64,000 nt of DNA, from positions 1,472,001 to 1,536,000 of the forward strand of contig CAVVHE010000004.1 in assembly GCA_963748015.1 (NCBI GenBank), in the 5' to 3' direction. Shown one piece after another: positions 29,505-41,983 of the stretch. Numbering within the stretch: position 1 is the stretch's first letter; each line of letters opens with the position of its first letter. The position numbers and the translations under genes were made by a program. This DNA is from Terriglobia bacterium. GTDB lineage: Bacteria > Acidobacteriota > Polarisedimenticolia > Polarisedimenticolales > JAIQFR01. A model generated the notes under the pieces. It searched no databases. It saw only the letters and a program-made list of their open reading frames with translations, and was not told the origin of the DNA.

Positions 29505-30842
29505 ATGTTGATTCGTCACGCTCAATCGATCCTGCGCCGGTCAATCCTGCAACTGGCGTTCGCAGGCTCGAGTTCGACGTCGAGCCGTTTCTTTGGGGCT
29601 GCTACTTGGTCGGCCTTGGGTGGAGCCACAACACGAGGAGTCAATCTAGCGCTCGCGCTTGTCTGTGCGCGCCTGCTCGGGCAGGACGAATTTGGCAGAT
29701 TAACAATGATCCAGAGCACGCTCGCAACGCTGAGCACTTACGCTGGCCTAGGCCTAGGCCTGACGGCGGCGAAGTGCGTTGCTGAGTTTCGAACAACCGA
29801 CCCCCCCGCGCGCCGCTCGAATGCTGGTCCTAACGCAATACGTTGCAGTAGTCTCGGGTCTCCTCATGACAGCGACTCTTGTCCTTCTCGCCAGACCAAT
29901 CGCCGAAAGCGTGCTGGCGGCAAAGAACTTGACAAAGCCCCCTCTTAATGGGCACCGGCTTGGTTTTCTTCGGCGCCGTTACCGGAACCCAAACCGGTGC
30001 CCTCGCGGCGCTTGAGGCATTCAAGGTCTCCGCTTTCGTCAGTACAGCCTGCAGCGTTATCACTTTTCTGCTCGTTTCCCTCTGTGCCTCCGTGAGCGGT
30101 CTTTCTGGCGCCGTGTTAGGGTTCGTCGCCGCGTCGGCCCTGTCCTGGCTTGCGCTGCACGCAACCACCCGTCGCGTTGCCGTAAGCCGCGGCCTACCTT
30201 CGCGGGCCCACGCGTGGTGGCGTGAGTGGCGAGTGCTGTACCGCTTTAGTCTACCCACGTTCCTGGGCAGCGCTGCGGTAGCCCCTGCCCTATGGGTATC
30301 CAACGCACTTCTCGTTCGACAGCCGAGTGGCTATGCGGAGCTCGCCGTCTTTTCCGCCGCTGACCGCTGGCGCCTGTTCGTGCTTTTCTTCCCTTCAACA
30401 CTAAGCGTCGTCGGGGCTCCCCTTCTTGACAACTTCTTTCGCCGAAGGCAGATCATCCGAGTTTCGTTCTATTTTCCGCGCCAACATGCTATTGAACTTC
30501 GCGGTGACTGTTCCTGTAGCCATGATCGTTGCGATCTGCTCCCCAACCTTGATGGGGTCTTTCGGAGGCGCCTTCAGGCAAGGGTCAATGGTGCTCGTTG
30601 TGCTCTGCATTTCCACCCTGCCGATAGTCCTAAACACATCGGTTGGACAGGCAGTGGTTAGTCGCGGGATGGTTCGGGCAAGGCTGCTGTTGGACCTCCT
30701 CCTCGCCGGCACGTTGGTCGCCGCGGCTGCGGTGGCTGTGCCACGGTGGGGCGCGTTCGGCCTCGCGATCTCTCATGCAGTTGCTTACGGCTTAACTGTG
30801 TTGTTCCTGCTTCTCTTCTTGAGCTATCGGCGACGTCCATAA
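29505..30842 (+). CDS. wzx: Wzx-type oligosaccharide flippase, split over about four frames
   Basis: ARLLGQDEFG...GLGLTAAKCVAE; successive hydrophobic ORFs 29421, 29779, 29948 and 30426 read as one polytopic protein ending VPRWGAFGLA. Confidence 0.75.
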
Positions 30843-30862
30843 GCAGTTGGAGAATCACTCTC

Positions 30863-32405
30863 GTGCAAAGGCCACGTTCAGAGCGGTTGATCCTCCTCGT
30901 TCAGGGCGGACTGTGTTTCTCCCCTGTCTTCCTGACGATGCTCTTTCATGTCCTCGGGCGCCCACCCGAAGACGCGGTCTATCCACTGTGCCTGCTGTTC
31001 TTCCTCTCCGCAATTTGGGCAGTGCTATCCTGGAGAATGCTCGTCGGAGAGTACTTCGAACCCTATTTCCTGTTCTACGTATCTGCCGTGCTGTTCAACG
31101 GCGGCCAACTGCTGCTGGAAGTCCTTGGACTCAATCCTAAGGGCGTACTCGACGGCGCATTCACGACAGACACGACCGTAGATTCGATCGTTCTGGTGAC
31201 CATGGCCCTCTGTTCAGCGCACTTCGGCGCGCTATTGGCTGCACAAAGGCACCGATTGGTGCGGAATCTTTCTCGCGCCTTCGAACCAGCAAGAACATCT
31301 CTACAACTCTGTCGGTCGTCGGTTGGGCGTTGATCTCCGTGTCCTTTCTTCCCGCGTTGCTGCAGCTCAACAAAGCGATCGCCTTGGTCTTGGCCGGTGG
31401 ATACGTAGCATTGTATGAACAGGATCCAGTGGTAGGACTTCAAGCTGCGCCAACCGTGATTGCGTCTTTCATCGTCCCGTAGACTACTTTTCCTGGCCGG
31501 GAGGGACACAGTCATTTGGGAAGATCTTCGCCAGCATCACTGCTGATACTTACGCCGGCGTGACGTTCTTCTTGGGTTCTAGAGCGACCGCCGCGATGCC
31601 GCTCATTGCGTTTGCCTGGCTCTGGCATCGGCAAATCCGTCCGTTTCCCCGTTGGCTATTGTTGGTCCTTGCACTTGGCATGATCTTGGTCGTGTTCCCT
31701 GCGATTAGGGAGTTCCGGAACTTCTCCGGCGATGATCGCAAGTCGGCTACGTTTGCGGTTCACTCCTATTCTGAACTGGATAACACGACAGTGTCAGCGG
31801 TGTCTGAGATGGGATCCTCGCAAGCGACCGTCGCTTACACCCTCGACCTCGTACCAAGCACACGCTCCTACGACTACGGACTTAGCTACGCTTACGCGCT
31901 GTTGACCGTATTCCCAAATCTGTTTTGGGACGTTCACCCGACGATCAAACGAGGAGTCCATTCCATCTGGCTTGTGCGGACGGTCAATCCTGCCCTGGCC
32001 GCGGACTCACATGGACTCGGATTTTCCTTTATCGCAGAGGCTTATCTGAATTTCGGCTGGGCGGGCACGCCGATTGCCCTCGCGATCATGGGCTTCGCCT
32101 ATTCCGCCCTGTCGACATGGTGTCGCCGCCGTGGAGACCCAGGCGCTTACGCTCTGATGGCAAGCACCCTTGCATTCGTCTTGTTCTTCCCCCGAAGCGA
32201 GAGCGCGGCGCTGGTTCGCGCCCTAGTCTGGTACGGGGCAATTCCGTACTTCTTCGCCCGCGCGCTGTCCCTCCGGGGTGCGGCAGTTGTGCCGAGACGT
32301 ACCTCGCCGTCTACCGGCCCGCGACAGTTCTCCGACTCAGAAACAACGGTCCCTGGTCGCGCGGATGCGTCGCACGCCTCCGGCTTGTCTCGTACGACCG
32401 AATGA
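30863..32405 (+). CDS. wzy: Wzy-like polysaccharide polymerase (frameshifted)
   Basis: Polytopic membrane protein; GSRATA; GLGFSFIAEAYLNFGWAG. Confidence 0.7.
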
Positions 32406-33566
32406 GAATCCTACATAGCGTTCACAAGCTACTACCCGTTTCTATCGGGAATGGCCAACGTCGTTGGCCATCTATCCAAACGTCTCGCGTCGAGAGGCCA
32501 TGAAGTTCACGTCGCGACAGGAGTGCATCCAGGCTGCCCGTCAAAGGAGTTGATCGCCGGGGCCCTCGTTCACCGCTTCGCGGTTGAAGGAAACCACGTA
32601 CAGGGACTTCGCGGTGACGTGGAACAGTACCGGAGATTTGTGTTAGGCGGCCAGTGGGACATAGTCGTTTTTCACGCCGCCCAAAGCTGGACCTTGGACG
32701 CGATTCTCCCTACGCTGCGAAATATCGGGGGTGCGTGCATTCTCGTCGGACATGGACTGTCGGCATTTCGCGACCCGCGATACGCGAATTACTTCAGCCG
32801 TCTGCGCGATTCCTTAGCTGACTTTCGTGAAATGATCACTCTTTCCGCGCGGCTTGAAGAGGCCGAGCTCCTCTCCTCCGCAGGCGCGCCCGCCCCGACC
32901 ATCATTCCCAATGGGGTCGACCTAGAGGAGTGGGAACAACCGACCCTGAGGATGCGCGAGCGCTGGAGGATTGGTGATCGCCCGTGGGTGGTAAATGTGT
33001 CGAATCACTCTCCTGTCAAGGGCCATCCATGGCTCTTTCGCGTTCTGGGCCAACTCGCCGTACGCCATCCCGCCGCGCGTGGGACGATTGTCGGAAGCGG
33101 ATACCCGGCGGCCCGGTGGAATCTAGGCAGGCTTGGCGTCAGAGGGGGATGCTTCTATGAATGCCGATGCCTGGGCCTTTGCGTCCAAGACAGTGGGTCT
33201 GCGTCTAGGCGTCCCAAGATCGAACGTCGTATCTGCCATGAAGGAGGCAGACCTCTTCCTTCTTACTTCTCATCGCGAGGCAATGCCGATTGTCCTCCTA
33301 GAGTGCATGGCGGCACGAATTCCATGGATCGGATTTGACGTCGGGGCTGTTGCCGACTGTGCTGGAGGCATCGTGGTTCGAGACCCTTCGGAAATGATCT
33401 GGGCAGCGGACAACGCCTTCGCGATGCCGCTGCTCGAAGAGACTTGGGCGAGCAGGGCTTCAGTCGCGCGAAAACCTATCATTCGTGGGACGCGATCGCG
33501 AGTCGTTACGCTGAAGCATACGATAGAGCCTTCGGCCGCAACTTGCGACGCAGAGCGAGTCCCTAA
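32402..33566 (+). CDS. GT4 family glycosyltransferase (frameshifted)
   Basis: GHEVHVAT, IIPNGVD, KGH, ADLFLLTSHREAMPIVLLECMA, terminal SWDAIA, spread over several frames. Confidence 0.8.
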
Positions 33567-33791
33567 CCCAATCGCCCGTGTTGCTCTTCCAGTCACAATC
33601 GGCGCTTTTCGCGTCGAGCGTCGCGCCGCGGTACGCACCGGATGCTAGAATCTCGCCGATTGAGGTTGTCGGTCGGAGGTCACAGTTTTGCGTGCGCGTT
33701 GCCAGCATCTTTGGGACGACTTGTTCTCCGCCACGTTGTCGCTCGGAGCGAGACGTGAGACGGCGCCGATCAACCGCTTTTCGCGACCCGA

Positions 33792-35029
33792 ATGAAGATC
33801 TCTGCGCTTTTAGCCGGTACCTCTACGGTGACCCGGGCCGCGGCGAGGGCTACGAGCATTCTTGTTTCATCCCAGCCCTCCGCAGACTAGGGCACGATGT
33901 CTCCTTTTACGAGACGCTCGAGAGAGAGGGAACGAGTTTCAGAGATCTCAACGCGCACTTCCTTTCACGTGTGGAGAAGGAACAGCCGCAAGTCATTCTC
34001 GCGGTGCAACGCCTTTATGAACTGTGGACAGACACTTGGGAGATCATTCGAGTATTCTAGGCCTTTCGGGGCGCGACCATCAACTGGGCCACGGATGATT
34101 CCTGGAGATATGGGCAACTTTCCCGTCTTGTGGCGCCGTCGTTCCACGCGGTCACCACGACCTACCCGGAAGCGCTTGAGAAGCACCGCCGGGGACGGCT
34201 ACTCCAGAGCCCTTCTGACTCAGTGGGCTGCCGACGCTTCTCGCCTTCGTCCACCGCTTCCCTCGTCCCAATGTCGCTACCCGGTAAGTTTGTCGGCAGC
34301 GCTCACGGTCCACGTCGCGCCTGGGTGGAGAACCTGCGGAACGCCGGCGTTCCCGTGGCATGCTTCGGACACGGTTGGGAAAGCGGCGCTATCGCTGCCG
34401 CGGACATCCCAGAGATCATACAGAAGTCCACCATCAGCTTGAATTTCTCCAACAGCCTGCTCAGTTGGGATGGTCTCCTTCCTCGGCGCCGAGACCAACT
34501 AAAGGCACGGGTCTTCGAAGTTCCGGGCGCGGGAGGTTTCCTCCTCACGCAAGCGTCGCCGGGCCTAGAGGCGTGCTACGAGCCCGAACGCGAAGTTGCG
34601 GTCTTCGACGACCTGAAGAGTCTCCCGGACCGGATTCGCTACTATCTCGACCGTCCTGATATCCGGGACACCATCGCGCGCGCCGGGCACAGCCGTACTG
34701 TTCGTGAACATACCTACGATACCCGGATGCACGAAGTAGTGGAGTTCGCCTTGCGTCAGCGCGATGTCTACTTCCGATCGGCAGGTCTTCGCCCGTCAGG
34801 GAAGTTCGATTGGGCGCGATTCGCGGTAGCTGAAGAGAAGCACGTCTTGGATGCCAAACTGCGTCTTCTCCGACGCATCCTGGTGACCGCCTTCTCGACC
34901 GTATGGGGTACACGTCGCGGTCCCCGTGCTGCGCGCCGCTTTGTGTACGAGCTCAGTTGGCGCTTGCGCGGAAGACGCACCTACCGCGCTGCAGGATGGG
35001 CTGGGCGGATGTTCTACCGTGAGAGTTGA
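33792..35029 (+). CDS. CgeB-like glycosyltransferase (frameshifted)
   Basis: ALRRLGHDV; FVGSAHG.R; STISLNF...KARVFEVPGAGGFLLT...EHTYDTR. Confidence 0.75.
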
Positions 35030-35035
35030 ATCAGG

Positions 35036-35929
35036 ATGGGAGTTTTTGAAATGCCCCGTGTGAGTGTCCTCATGCCCGTCCGGAACTGCAGCCAAACGAT
35101 CGTGCCCGCTATCCGCTCCGTTTTCCTTCAGACGTTTCGAGATTGGGAACTCAACGTCCTCGATGATGCTTCTGACGACGGGACGTTGGACAAGGTGGCT
35201 GCCTTCAACGATCCCCGCATCAGAACATTCATGGCCGGGCCCACTCGTGGCATCTCTGCGCGACTGAATCAGGGAATTCAAGTCAGCCGCGGCGAGTTCC
35301 TGGCTCGGATGGATGGTGACGACGTCTGTTATCCGGATCGATTCGAACGCCAAATCGAGTTCCTTCTGAGTCACCCGCAAGTGGATCTCGTCGGGGCCTG
35401 TGCGTGCGTGTTCCGCGGGGACGGAATGCCCCAAGGGAAGAGGGTCGGCCCCTTGACCCACGCTGACATCTGCCGATCCCCGCACGCGGGATTTCGCCTA
35501 ATACACCCGACCTGGTTCGCTAGACGGAGCTTCTATCAGCGCTTTCGCTATCCAGATCAGCCGTTGGCTGAGGATCAGGAACTGCTCTTCCGTGCTTACC
35601 CGACGGCCGTTTTCGCCAACGTGCCGCAACTATTGATCGGCTACCGAGAGGAGCGTGTCAGGCTCGGGCGAATCCTGAGAAGCCGACACGCCCTCGTCAC
35701 CTCGATCGCACCAAGTTTGCTCAAAGCGCACCAGCCGGTGTCGGCATCCAAGACCGTTCTCGGACAGACAGCACGAATGCTGCTCGACTGCGTCGCGGTT
35801 GGGACGGGGCTCCGTTATCGCCTTCTGCGGCACCGTGCCCAGCCATTATCCAGCGATGAACTGAATCGCTGGCGGGAGGTGTGGGCTGCGCTTGGCCAAC
35901 CCGTCGAATGCGAAACCACTCGAGAGTGA
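35036..35929 (+). CDS. GT2 family glycosyltransferase
   Basis: VSVLMPVRN, DDASDDGT, ARMDGDD, HPT, AEDQEL. Confidence 0.9.
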   Translation: MGVFEMPRVSVLMPVRNCSQTIVPAIRSVFLQTFRDWELNVLDDASDDGTLDKVAAFNDPRIRTFMAGPTRGISARLNQGIQVSRGEFLARMDGDDVCYPDRFERQIEFLLSHPQVDLVGACACVFRGDGMPQGKRVGPLTHADICRSPHAGFRLIHPTWFARRSFYQRFRYPDQPLAEDQELLFRAYPTAVFANVPQLLIGYREERVRLGRILRSRHALVTSIAPSLLKAHQPVSASKTVLGQTARMLLDCVAVGTGLRYRLLRHRAQPLSSDELNRWREVWAALGQPVECETTRE

Positions 35930-35999
35930 TCTGGCGGCTTCACCGTCGTTGCTTCTGGGCTATGCGATGATCCGCGATGGCGCGCGCGATTGAAGAAGC

Positions 36000-37140
36000 A
36001 TGAGAGCACTCCACCTGGTCAAGACGAGCGTCGGGGGACGGTGGGCTCTCCGACAGATGCGCGAGCTCGTCGAGGCGGGCGTCGAGATCCACGCCACGAT
36101 ACCGCCGGGCGGACCGCTTCGGGGGGAATACTCGAGTGCTGGCGTTCGCCTTCATGAGGGACAATTCGATCTCCCAGTGCGGGCACCGTGGCGGTGGCCG
36201 GGGCTTTTCGGACGCATCCGCAGCATCGTCGCCAGCGTGCGACCTGATGTCATCCACAGCCATTTTGTCGGCACGACGATAGCCGCCCGCCTCGCTCTCG
36301 GAAGACGTCACCATATTCCTCGGGTATTCCAGGTTCCCGGCCCTCTTCACCTCGAGCATTCGTTCTTTCGTCGCGCGGAAATAGCAACTGCAGGACGATC
36401 CGACCGCTGGATTGCCTCATGCGAATGGACGAGGCAGACGTATCGCGAATCGGGCATTCCCGCCAAAAGAGTGTTCCTGTCGTACTACGGCACCGATCTC
36501 GGCAATTTCATCGAGCGCCCACGAGGCAGGCTGCGAACGGAAATCCGAGCAGCACAGGACACGTGCGTGGTAGGGATGGTGGCCTACATGTACGCCCCCA
36601 AGAGGTATCTCGGCCAACGCCGCGGGCTCAAGGGGCATGAGGACTTCATTCGTGCGATCGCCGTCTTGTTGGCGGATGAACCCAACTTGAGGGGGGTCGT
36701 CATCGGCGGGGCCTGGGACGATCCGACCTATGAGGCGGAACTTCGCCGCATGGGGAGCCGGTTGTGCGGAGAACGACTGGTCTTTCTCGGACATCGAAAT
36801 AACATTCCCGAGTTGTATCCCGACATCGACGTCGCCGTTCACCCTTCATTGTCAGAGAACGTGGGCGGCGCCGTGGAGTCGCTGCTGTGCGGAGTGCCAA
36901 CCGTAGCGACCAGGGTCGGAGGTCTACCGGATCTCGTGCGGCACGGTGAAACCGGCTTCCTGGTTCCTCCGAGAAGCCCGCAGCGCCTCGCCGCGGCCAT
37001 CCTGGAGATGATCCGCGAATCGCGAACGCGCCCTCGAGATGGCTCGGCGAGGCCGGGAGCTTGCCCGGAATTTGTTCGACGTTCGGCGCACCGCGCGCGA
37101 AGTTTACGAGATCTACCAGCGCATCCTCGCGGAGAACTAG
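36000..37140 (+). CDS. GT4 family glycosyltransferase (frameshift near 3' end)
   Basis: PDVIHSH, KGHEDF, HPSLSENVGGAVES, VGGLPDLVRHGETG; natural end FDVRRTAREVYEIYQRIL lies in another frame. Confidence 0.85.
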
Positions 37141-37144
37141 CGCT

Positions 37145-37759
37145 ATGGGCGGCGTTTTCGCGAAACGCGCACTTGATTTGACGGTATCGGTGGCCGGGCT
37201 CTCGATCTTGTCGCCGCTACTCGTCATCGCGGCGTTGCTGGTCCGAGTCGTGATGGGACCCCCGATCCTCTTTCGACAGGCGCGGCCGGGGCTCCGAGGC
37301 CATCCCTTTTCCCTTCTGAAGTTCCGGACGATGCGACACGTCTCGAGCGATCGCGCGTCCCCCGAAAGCGATCAGGCCCGACTCACCGGCCTCGGCCGAT
37401 TCCTCCGCAGCACCAGCCTCGACGAACTTCCCGAACTGTGGAACGTCCTTCGGGGCGACATGAGCCTCGTCGGCCCGCGGCCGCTGCTCATGGAGTACCT
37501 GCCGCTGTACTCGCCCGAGCAGGCGCGGCGGCACGAGGTCCGGCCGGGGATCACCGGCTGGGCGCAGGTGAACGGCCGGAATGCGCTGAGCTGGGAGGAG
37601 AAGTTCGAGATGGACGTCTGGTACGTGGATCATCGGAGCTTCCTGCTGGACCTCAAGATTCTGTGGAAGACGGTCATGCTCGTCCTGCGCCGGGAGGGCA
37701 TCTCGGCCAGCGGGCACGCGACGATGCCGCCGTTCAGGGGCTCGAAGGGGAAAGCATGA
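37145..37759 (+). CDS. Initiating sugar-phosphate transferase (PglC-like monotopic PGT)
   Basis: [53 protein letters not shown]. Confidence 0.93.
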   Translation: MGGVFAKRALDLTVSVAGLSILSPLLVIAALLVRVVMGPPILFRQARPGLRGHPFSLLKFRTMRHVSSDRASPESDQARLTGLGRFLRSTSLDELPELWNVLRGDMSLVGPRPLLMEYLPLYSPEQARRHEVRPGITGWAQVNGRNALSWEEKFEMDVWYVDHRSFLLDLKILWKTVMLVLRREGISASGHATMPPFRGSKGKA

Positions 37760-38394
37760 CCACTCAGGGGATTCGCCGCGCGATCGTGGTGGGCGCCGGG
37801 GGCCACGGGAAGGTGGTCGTCGCGACACTCCAGGCGGCAGGTTACGAGGTCGAGGCGGTGCTCGACGACGACCGGTCCAAGTTCGGTCAGGTCGTGCTCG
37901 GGGTCCCCGTCACCGGCCCGGTGGACGAAAGGCTCGGCCGCGGAGGGGCCGGCGTGGTACTCGCTATCGGCGACAACCAGGCCCGCCAGGCGTTCGCCGG
38001 TCGTTTCCCCCACCTTACATGGCTGTCCGTGGGCCACCCGACCGCCGTGATCCACCCTTCGGTCAAAATCGGCGCAGGCACTGTGGTGTTCGCCGGCGCG
38101 ATCATTCAACCCGACACGTTCCTCGGCGAGCACGCGATCGTCAACACTGGCGCAACGGTGGACCACGACTGCAGGATTGGCGACTTCGCTCACCTCGCGC
38201 CGGGAGTCCACCTCTCTGGCGGCGTATTCATCGGCGAAGGCGCACTCCTGGGCGTGGGCTCTTGCGTGAAGCCGGGGGCGTCGGTCGGCGCGTGGGCGAC
38301 CGTCGGCGCCGGCGGCGCGGTCATCCAGGACATTCCGGAAGGTACGGTCGCCGTCGGAGTCCCGGCGAGGGTCCGAGGCGCCTCCAGCAGCTAG
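37756..38394 (+). CDS. Sugar acetyltransferase, PglD/NeuD family
   Basis: GAGGHGKVV, AIGDNQAR, HPTAVI, TVDHDC, hexapeptide repeats, GVPAR. Confidence 0.9.
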   Translation: MTTQGIRRAIVVGAGGHGKVVVATLQAAGYEVEAVLDDDRSKFGQVVLGVPVTGPVDERLGRGGAGVVLAIGDNQARQAFAGRFPHLTWLSVGHPTAVIHPSVKIGAGTVVFAGAIIQPDTFLGEHAIVNTGATVDHDCRIGDFAHLAPGVHLSGGVFIGEGALLGVGSCVKPGASVGAWATVGAGGAVIQDIPEGTVAVGVPARVRGASSS

Positions 38395-38454
38395 CACCCT
38401 CCCGTCGGGACGCCCCCCCGCAACCGCTCCTCTCTATTTCGGACAAACATTCTC

Positions 38455-38483
38455 TTGACATTCCGCTTTCGATCCCGTATCTA
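38455..38483 (+). promoter_or_regulatory. Putative promoter of the S8 protease gene
   Basis: TTGACA-17 bp-TATCTA in an AT-richer intergenic gap. Confidence 0.45.
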
Positions 38484-38582
38484 GCAATCCCGAATGGTCG
38501 TGGGGGAATCTCCAGGGTACTGGCTCACATCCATGCACCCTCCCGGCTCGACGATCGACAACGTGAAATGGGAGGCGCACGG

Positions 38583-41004
38583 ATGACTACCCCCAGCCGA
38601 TATGCCCGCCTACTGACCTTCCTGCTCTTCGCCGCGATCGCGATCGAGGCCCGCGCGTTCCAGTGCGTCACGCCGAGGGAGTGGCAGTCGCGCCGCGACG
38701 CGCCGTGGGTCGACGCCAACGGGAACTTCGTGGACGACGCGATCGAGGCGCTGCCGTCGGGCCAGGTGATCAGCGTGATCCTGGACCTCAACCACTGCCC
38801 GAGCGGCGTCGAGCTGGAGCGGTTGAGCCGGTACGGCCAGATCGCTTACTCCGGGCGGTTCGTCAGCTTCGTCGTCCTCCAGAACATCACCGCCAAGGCG
38901 GCGATCCTCCTCCCGGGGAGGGAAGACATCGTCGCGTTCGTGGAGAGCAACCAGGTCGAGTTCGGCGGCCTCGACGTCAGCAATCCGGCGATCAGGGTGG
39001 GGACCAGCGCGACCTACTCGCCCATGACGGTCGAGGACACGTATCCCTCGATCAACGGCCGCGGCATCAACATCGCCGTCGTGGACTCCGGGGTGGACGA
39101 CGGCGTGCACGAGAGCCTCCCGGGGTCGAGGTTCGTCGCGGGGGTGAACTGCGTCCCGCCCAACAACCCCTGCGTCCCGATGAACCCGGACGACGACAAC
39201 GGCCACGGGACGCTGGTCGCCGGGATCGCCCTCGGAAGCGGCAGCCTCTCGGGCACCCACCGGGGGATCGCGCCCGAGGCCGGGCTCATCGACGTGAAGG
39301 TGCTGGACCAGAACCGGCAGGCCTTCTCCTCGGACATCAACCGCGGGCTCGAGTGGCTGATCGCCCGGCAGGTGGCGAGCCACGACGTGAACGTCGCGAA
39401 CATCAGCATCAACAACTGCACGAACAGCAACGGGACCGACGCCAGGTCCGCCCTGGTCAACCGGATGGTCGCCGAGGGGACCGTCGTGGTGTACCTCGGG
39501 CGGGAACTGCGATCAGTGCGCGCCGTACACGGCGCACTGTCAGAAGGTGCCGGAGGGAAGCGCGGCGGACCTGGCCATCAGCGTGGCGAACTCGGACGAC
39601 GGGAACACCGTCGATCGGGCCAACGACGTGGTCTACCGCTTCTCCATGGAAGGCCCGCGGATGTCCGACTTCGACGCCGACACGGCCGACGAGAACAAGC
39701 CCGACCTCGCGGCGCCGGGAACCAACATCACCGCACCGGTGGCCAACACGCCCGACCAGTACTCCGACGTGACCGGCACCTCGTTCTCGGCGCCTCACGT
39801 CGCGGGCTGCGCGGCGCTGCTCCTCCAGGCGAGACCCGACATGAACCCGCTCTCCGTGAAGAAGCTCCTGTTGGACTCCGCGGAGGATCGCGGTGTCGCC
39901 GGGTGGGAGGCGACCTGGGGCTGGGGCCTCCTCGATTGCTACCGCGCCGTGGACGATCTGTTCGTGCAGAGCCGGACGGACCTCGGCTTCCAGGACTGCG
40001 GCGGCCCGGGCCAGCACGTCTGCTGGGACAATCCGGACGTCGCGCCGCAGAACCCGGTCATCACGGAAGGCGTGCCGAACCAGATCGTGGTCACGGTCCG
40101 GAACAACGGGCCGAGCCCGTCCCTCGCGACCACCCTCGCGGTGGGGATCTTCAATTTCGACAACGGCGACCAGGCCTACCCCATCTGCACGGCGGCAGTG
40201 CCGGCGATCAGCAACGTCCCCCCCAACAACACCTTCACGACGACGTGCGCCTGGACGCCGCGCTTTCTCACCGGCACCACCAACGTGCACGCGTGCCTGA
40301 AGGCCGAGGTGGCCTATCCCTACGACACGCGCTTCGACAACAACTACGGTCAGCACAACGTGATGCTGAAGCAGGCGAACTCCCCCGCGGTGTTCGACGT
40401 GCAGGTCGTCAACCCCACCGAGCTGCCGCTGACGATGGAGCTGCACGGATCGTGCTCCGGCGGCGAGTGCAACGGCTGGTACATCCAGCCGGACAGCAAC
40501 GGGTTCCCGCTGGGGCCGGCGGAATGCCCCCGCACGGTGCAGGTCACCATGGAGCCCATCGACGCGTCGGCCTCTCGCGAGGCGCGCTTCGACTGGGCGA
40601 TCGTCGGGGTCGACGGGTTCGGGCAGCAAGTACTTCTCGGCGGCGTGACCACGGTCGCGCGAATGGGCTGCGACACCCGGGACCTCGTGTTCCCGGGCGG
40701 GACGGAACGAATGGCCTGGCAGGGACCCGACTTCTTCGCGGCCTGCCCGAGGATCTACGACGTGGCCCGGGGACCGCTCCCGATCCTGCCCTACCCCTCG
40801 GTGACCGTGAGAGGCGACTTCTCCGCGGCGGATTGCATCGCCAACGACCTCCCGACGGCCGACTTCGGGGATGCCAAGAAGCCGACGCCCGGGGCCGGCT
40901 TCTACTACCTCGCGCGCGTGGGAGGCTCGCTTCCCGGATCCTGGAACTCGGGCGATGCTTCGCAGGTGGGAAGCCGCGACGACACGCTGGCCGGCTGTCC
41001 GTAG
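38583..41004 (+). CDS. Secreted S8 (subtilisin-like) serine protease with Cys-rich C-terminal domains (frameshift near 39491)
   Basis: Signal peptide; catalytic triad motifs VVDSGVD, HGTLVAG and GTSFSAPHVAG; KPDLAAPG. Halves lie in ORFs 38019 and 39547. Confidence 0.88.
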
Positions 41005-41145
41005 ATCACGCCGGCCGGCCGTGCTCGAAGGCGGCAACGAGCACCGCGGGTTCGGGCCGGGCTCCGTCTGCCGGAGCAAGATGGGTTAGCATCGGGGCGT
41101 TCGGATCGCCCGAACAACCCTGACCGGAGACGGGGCCCGTAACGC

Positions 41146-41961
41146 GTGAATCCCATGGCAGGACAACGGAGCGACCCGGCCCCCGTCAGCGTGGTGGTGC
41201 CCTGCTATCGCTGCGCGGACACGGTCGGGCGGGCGCTCGATTCGGTGCTGGGCCAGTCGAGGCCCGTGGCCGAGATTTTCCTGGTCGATGACGGGAGCGG
41301 CGACGGCACGCTGGCCGTCCTGAAGTCCCTCGAGGCGCGGCACGCGGCGGCCGGGGTCCGCGCGCTGTCGCTGCCCGCCAACGCCGGCCCCGGCGCGGCG
41401 CGCAACGCCGGCTGGGAGGCGGCGACCCAGCCCTGGATCGCCTTCCTCGACGCGGACGACACCTGGCACCCGCGGAAGATCGAGCTGCAGTACGGATGGG
41501 TCGAGGGCCGTGCGGGCGTCGATCTCTGCGCGCACGGCACGGCGCTGTGGACCGGGGGCGGGGCCGGCGCGGTCCCGGACGCAGGGGCGGCGGTCCGGGT
41601 CACCCCTCGGATGATGCTGCTCAAGAACCACGTCCTGACCCGCACGGTGATGCTGCGGCGCGACGTGCCCTACCGCTTCGGCGGCAAGGACGTCAGCGAG
41701 GACTACCTCCTGTGGCTCGAGCTGGCCTTCTCGGGCCACGGCCTGTGGAAGCTCCCCGCGGTGCTGGCCTACGCGCACCGGCCGGAGTTCAGCCCCGGCG
41801 GGTACAGCGGCGGGCTCTGGACGCACGAGAAACGCGAGCTGCGTTCCTTCCGGCGGCTGCACGACCGGGGACTGGTCGGCACCCTGCCCTACCTGGGCGC
41901 GAGCGCCTTCTCGCTGCTGAAGTTCCTCAGGCGCGCGGCGATCGCACGGCGGGCGGGCTAG
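41146..41961 (+). CDS. GT2 family glycosyltransferase
   Basis: VSVVVPCY, VDDGSGD, GAARNAG, FLDADD, SEDY. Confidence 0.9.
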   Translation: MNPMAGQRSDPAPVSVVVPCYRCADTVGRALDSVLGQSRPVAEIFLVDDGSGDGTLAVLKSLEARHAAAGVRALSLPANAGPGAARNAGWEAATQPWIAFLDADDTWHPRKIELQYGWVEGRAGVDLCAHGTALWTGGGAGAVPDAGAAVRVTPRMMLLKNHVLTRTVMLRRDVPYRFGGKDVSEDYLLWLELAFSGHGLWKLPAVLAYAHRPEFSPGGYSGGLWTHEKRELRSFRRLHDRGLVGTLPYLGASAFSLLKFLRRAAIARRAG

Positions 41962-41983
41962 CCCGCATCCGGCCGCCGGCCGC

